This document shows, in pieces, positions 53,240-56,495 of a stretch of DNA of 56,495 nt. The number at the start of each line of letters is the position of its first letter. Positions within the stretch are counted from its first letter, which is position 1. The stretch is from assembly GCF_001194135.2 (NCBI RefSeq), contig NC_068984.1, positions 32,770,299-32,826,793 of the forward strand. Reading direction: 5' to 3'. The notes below the pieces were generated by a model. The model was not told where the DNA came from, ran no database searches, and saw only the letters and a list, made by a program, of their open reading frames with translations. This stretch comes from Octopus bimaculoides (Eukaryota). Position numbers and translations under genes: made by a program.

Positions 53240-53383
53240 TCACCGCCTGGAATCGAACTTGGAATCTTGAGGTTAGTAGCTCGCGCTCTTAACTACTAGG
53301 CCATATGCCCGTGACGTAGAGGTTAAGAGCGCAGGTAACTAACCCCAACATTCCGAGTTTGATTCCAGGCAGTGACCTGAATA

Positions 53384-53429
<46 letters not shown>

Positions 53430-53450
53430 TAATAATAATAATAATAATGA
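53184..53450. mobile_element. Head-to-head inverted pair of tRNA-like heads, each followed by (AAT)n
   Basis: Minus head GGGCATATGGCCTAGTAGTTAAGAGCG...AAGTTCGATTCCAGG (53310 to 53236) and plus head ...GTAGAGGTTAAGAGCG...GAGTTTGATTCCAGG (53311-53380). Flanked by (TAT)n and (AAT)n. Confidence 0.85.
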
Positions 53451-53454
53451 TGAA

Positions 53455-54000
53455 TGCTGTGCCAGGCAGTGACTCTCGGGGCTTCTGATCTTAATTGATT
53501 GTAAGTGGTATCATGTACATTGTTTTGTCTTCGCATGAAAGATGGGCTACAGCAAATATTCTGCTTAATACCACAGTTTTGCTAGTCAGTTGTTTGACCT
53601 TAACCAGTTGAGCATGTCCCTTGGTGGCTGACGATATGTGCATCTCTGATCATGAGCAGAAGTAGTGGGGGAGCATCATAGCCATGTGTTGAGAGGAATT
53701 CTTGGGGGGTTTGAATCATTCACCTTTGGAAACATGGTAGTTTTGCTCAACATCCTTAAACAAACCTTATTCAGGGACCTTTTGAGTGGAATGCGCTACT
53801 CGACCTGAAGAAAATTGTAACTGGGCCCCACCTGCGAGGTCATGCGCTGTTTATCTTGATATGCGATCACCATATCGCGCACATATGGTTGTGATGCATG
53901 TGCTTGGTGTACCCTTATCAGACGGGTAGTCATGATTGGTATACTGGGATTCGTATATTTTACTCCAGTAACGTTTGATGGCATACACTGCTCTCTCACT
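53455..54000 (+). mobile_element. ~550-bp non-coding repeat inserted within the (AAT)n tract
   Basis: Complex sequence bounded on both sides by AAT repeats, ending CTCTCTCACTC(AAT)n. No convincing ORF; family not determinable. Confidence 0.5.
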
Positions 54001-54091
54001 CAATAATAATAACAATAATAATGATAATAATAACAACAACAACATCGAAAAATATATTAGGAATGAGAACCCTGGTTCGAAATTTCCCCAA

Positions 54092-54137
54092 GACACCCAA
54101 TGAAGCCTGGAGGGTATATCAGCCGAAACGTTGTGTT
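54092..54137 (+). ncRNA. Degenerate Penelope-type minimal (type I) hammerhead ribozyme motif
   Basis: GACAC - CCAATGA (CUGANGA with 2 changes) - A - GCCTG/CAGCC stem II (4/5 pairs) - GAAA - CGTT (palindromic AACGTT helix III) - GTGTT, which pairs with GACAC as stem I. Confidence 0.65.
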
Positions 54138-54225
54138 AACAACAAACAAGATGAAGACAAATATCCGTCAAATATAAATAATGTAAATAATGTGCATAAT
54201 TCCCCATCTCTTAAATATAGAACTG

Positions 54226-54298
54226 TCTTCTTCTTCTTCTTCTTCTTCTTCTTCTTCTTCTTCTTCTTCTTCTTCTTCTTCTTCTGCTTCTTCTTCTC
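54226..54298. repeat. (TTC)n microsatellite abutting a gap; (AG)n at 55033-55082 on the far side
   Basis: Directly visible. Confidence 0.95.
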
Positions 54299-55032
54299 NN
54301 NNNNNNNNNNNNNNNNNNNNNNNNNNNNNNNNNNNNNNNNNNNNNNNNNNNNNNNNNNNNNNNNNNNNNNNNNNNNNNNNNNNNNNNNNNNNNNNNNNNN
54401 NNNNNNNNNNNNNNNNNNNNNNNNNNNNNNNNNNNNNNNNNNNNNNNNNNNNNNNNNNNNNNNNNNNNNNNNNNNNNNNNNNNNNNNNNNNNNNNNNNNN
54501 NNNNNNNNNNNNNNNNNNNNNNNNNNNNNNNNNNNNNNNNNNNNNNNNNNNNNNNNNNNNNNNNNNNNNNNNNNNNNNNNNNNNNNNNNNNNNNNNNNNN
54601 NNNNNNNNNNNNNNNNNNNNNNNNNNNNNNNNNNNNNNNNNNNNNNNNNNNNNNNNNNNNNNNNNNNNNNNNNNNNNNNNNNNNNNNNNNNNNNNNNNNN
54701 NNNNNNNNNNNNNNNNNNNNNNNNNNNNNNNNNNNNNNNNNNNNNNNNNNNNNNNNNNNNNNNNNNNNNNNNNNNNNNNNNNNNNNNNNNNNNNNNNNNN
54801 NNNNNNNNNNNNNNNNNNNNNNNNNNNNNNNNNNNNNNNNNNNNNNNNNNNNNNNNNNNNNNNNNNNNNNNNNNNNNNNNNNNNNNNNNNNNNNNNNNNN
54901 NNNNNNNNNNNNNNNNNNNNNNNNNNNNNNNNNNNNNNNNNNNNNNNNNNNNNNNNNNNNNNNNNNNNNNNNNNNNNNNNNNNNNNNNNNNNNNNNNNNN
55001 NNNNNNNNNNNNNNNNNNNNNNNNNNNNNNNN

Positions 55033-55086
<54 letters not shown>

Positions 55087-55701
55087 TATAACGATTTCTA
55101 TGTGACGCTAATAACGTGGCAAGAATAAGAAAACATTACCATGACAAATAATTTAAATAACAATTCTGTACCTAGAAATAACATAATTCACTTCCGGAAC
55201 ATCAAGTCATTGTAGAGACCATTCTTTTCAACGTTACTCAGCATTTATTTTCCTAGAATTTTGCTTGGAAGAAACGTAAACACATCATAGACCCCGCAGG
55301 GGAAAATATTTATTTGTTCTGTAAATTCAGAATAGACAAATTTATAAGCTATTTTGCTCAAGTATAAAGTAGATAGTTGTTAGTACAGGAACTATACAAA
55401 TAATATTTACCACGTAAACACAACATAGATAAAGTCAAAAATAGTCCTTCACATCGTTACATATTGATTTGTGGTGATTAGGTACAAAAGCAATGCTAGG
55501 CCGTTGACTTTGTATTACATGTTGTTCAATATATGTCTTTTACTGAATGCATGTGGAATACGGTGGAAGTAATTAAAAGCTGAGATTTTATTTATTTCTA
55601 AGCAAGGAAAATATCGATAAATGTAATCACAAAATTGATCACGGATGATTGGACAAGAGAGATCCCGTCTTTGAAAATAAATTTATATCGCAAATACATA
55701 A

Positions 55702-55888
55702 CGGTGCTCCGCAGCCTCTTACACTTGCGGTACACTTATGTTCTTTTCAAAATTCGGTGGCACACCTGAGCTAAAAAATATATCTAAAAGTATAGGGGAA
55801 AAAATTATAGTCAGTTTACACTGCGGCACACTTAAATGTCATCTCGTGGCACACCAGTGTTCCGCTGCACACCGACTGTGTTACACTG
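55702..55888. mobile_element. hAT-like MITE (~187 bp)
   Basis: Ends CGGTG...CACTG with repeated subterminal GCGGCACAC-like motifs. The 8-bp flanks ATACATAA/ATATATCA (6/8 match) fit a decayed 8-bp TSD. Confidence 0.55.
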
Positions 55889-56495
55889 ATATATATCATG
55901 TAATATCACACTCAAATATAAACATACGCACAACATCCTCACACACACGTACAACACACGCGCGCACACATACACACACACACACGCACAACACACACAC
56001 ACAAGAGCACACATAAACACACACACACACACACGCGCATACACACAGAGTTTTTGCGCGTATAATATTTTCGTAGAGTGTTTGGTCAGAAATTGTAAGA
56101 CGGTGAGGAGTCAAAAGTAAAATGGTGCGAGAGGATGTGGTTGATGAAGGGAGATAAGAAGGCAAAGAGTATCAACGTGACAACACCCTGCCATGCAACA
56201 AAATATCATTTGAAATGGACAGTGCACGTGTCAGTTCAGATTTCCAATAAAATAAAATGTAATTTTCAGTTTTCAACAGTTATGATTATCTAATATTTTA
56301 TAAGTCTAAAATTAGATTTATTTTAGACCATATCTAAATGAAATTAAGAAAAGAATTAAAGGAAATTAAAATCATATTAAATGGGTCCATGTTAAACAGG
56401 GCCCGTAACCTTGCAGCAACCCACATTTGTAAGTATGTTTCTTTGTGTATGCATGCGTGTGTGTGTGTTTGTGTATGCATATATACATATATATA

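Larger units (their letters stand above)
3552..55032. other. 16 assembly gaps
   Basis: N runs: 3552-3816, 7003-7264, 10614-10922, 13663-13672, 15406-15926, 21423-22263, 22741-22750, 24749-24880, 30597-31219, 33069-33323, 34497-34892, 35818-35852, 43706-43715, 46510-46653, 49790-49913, 54299-55032. Most are flanked by microsatellites. Confidence 0.99.

Noticed and set aside
53236-53380. tRNA genes (possible CTA anticodon/suppressor)
   Set aside because: Acceptor and anticodon stems do not pair, and they run into (AAT)n tails; these are SINE-type heads.
719-56165. Most supplied ORFs (YIYI, THTH, VCVC, LSIY, poly-X and similar)
   Set aside because: Translations of microsatellites or N-gaps; not evidence of coding.

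Overview
Eukaryotic, AT-rich, repeat-dense draft-assembly window with 16 N-gaps and many di/tri/tetranucleotide microsatellites. The SINE families and sequence style resemble an octopus genome (recognition, not a database match). No intact protein-coding gene is supported; most supplied ORFs are microsatellite or N-gap artefacts. The window is largely decayed mobile elements: at least three tRNA-derived SINE families, three Tc1/mariner-superfamily transposase remnants, RTE, Tx1/L1-like and R4/NeSL-like non-LTR fragments, a Ty3/gypsy provirus lacking RT-RNaseH, a hAT-like MITE and Penelope-like pieces. The most interesting structure is at 53.18-54.23 kb. Two head-to-head tRNA-like Pol III heads lead into an (AAT)n tract and then a Penelope-type minimal hammerhead ribozyme motif, degenerate in this copy, with a second repeat inserted in the AAT tract. 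Long fold-backs occur at 1.58-1.82 kb (with a hammerhead half-motif) and 16.77-17.00 kb. One minus-strand candidate exon (52575-52686) has good splice sites and a single open frame, but its gene is unidentified.
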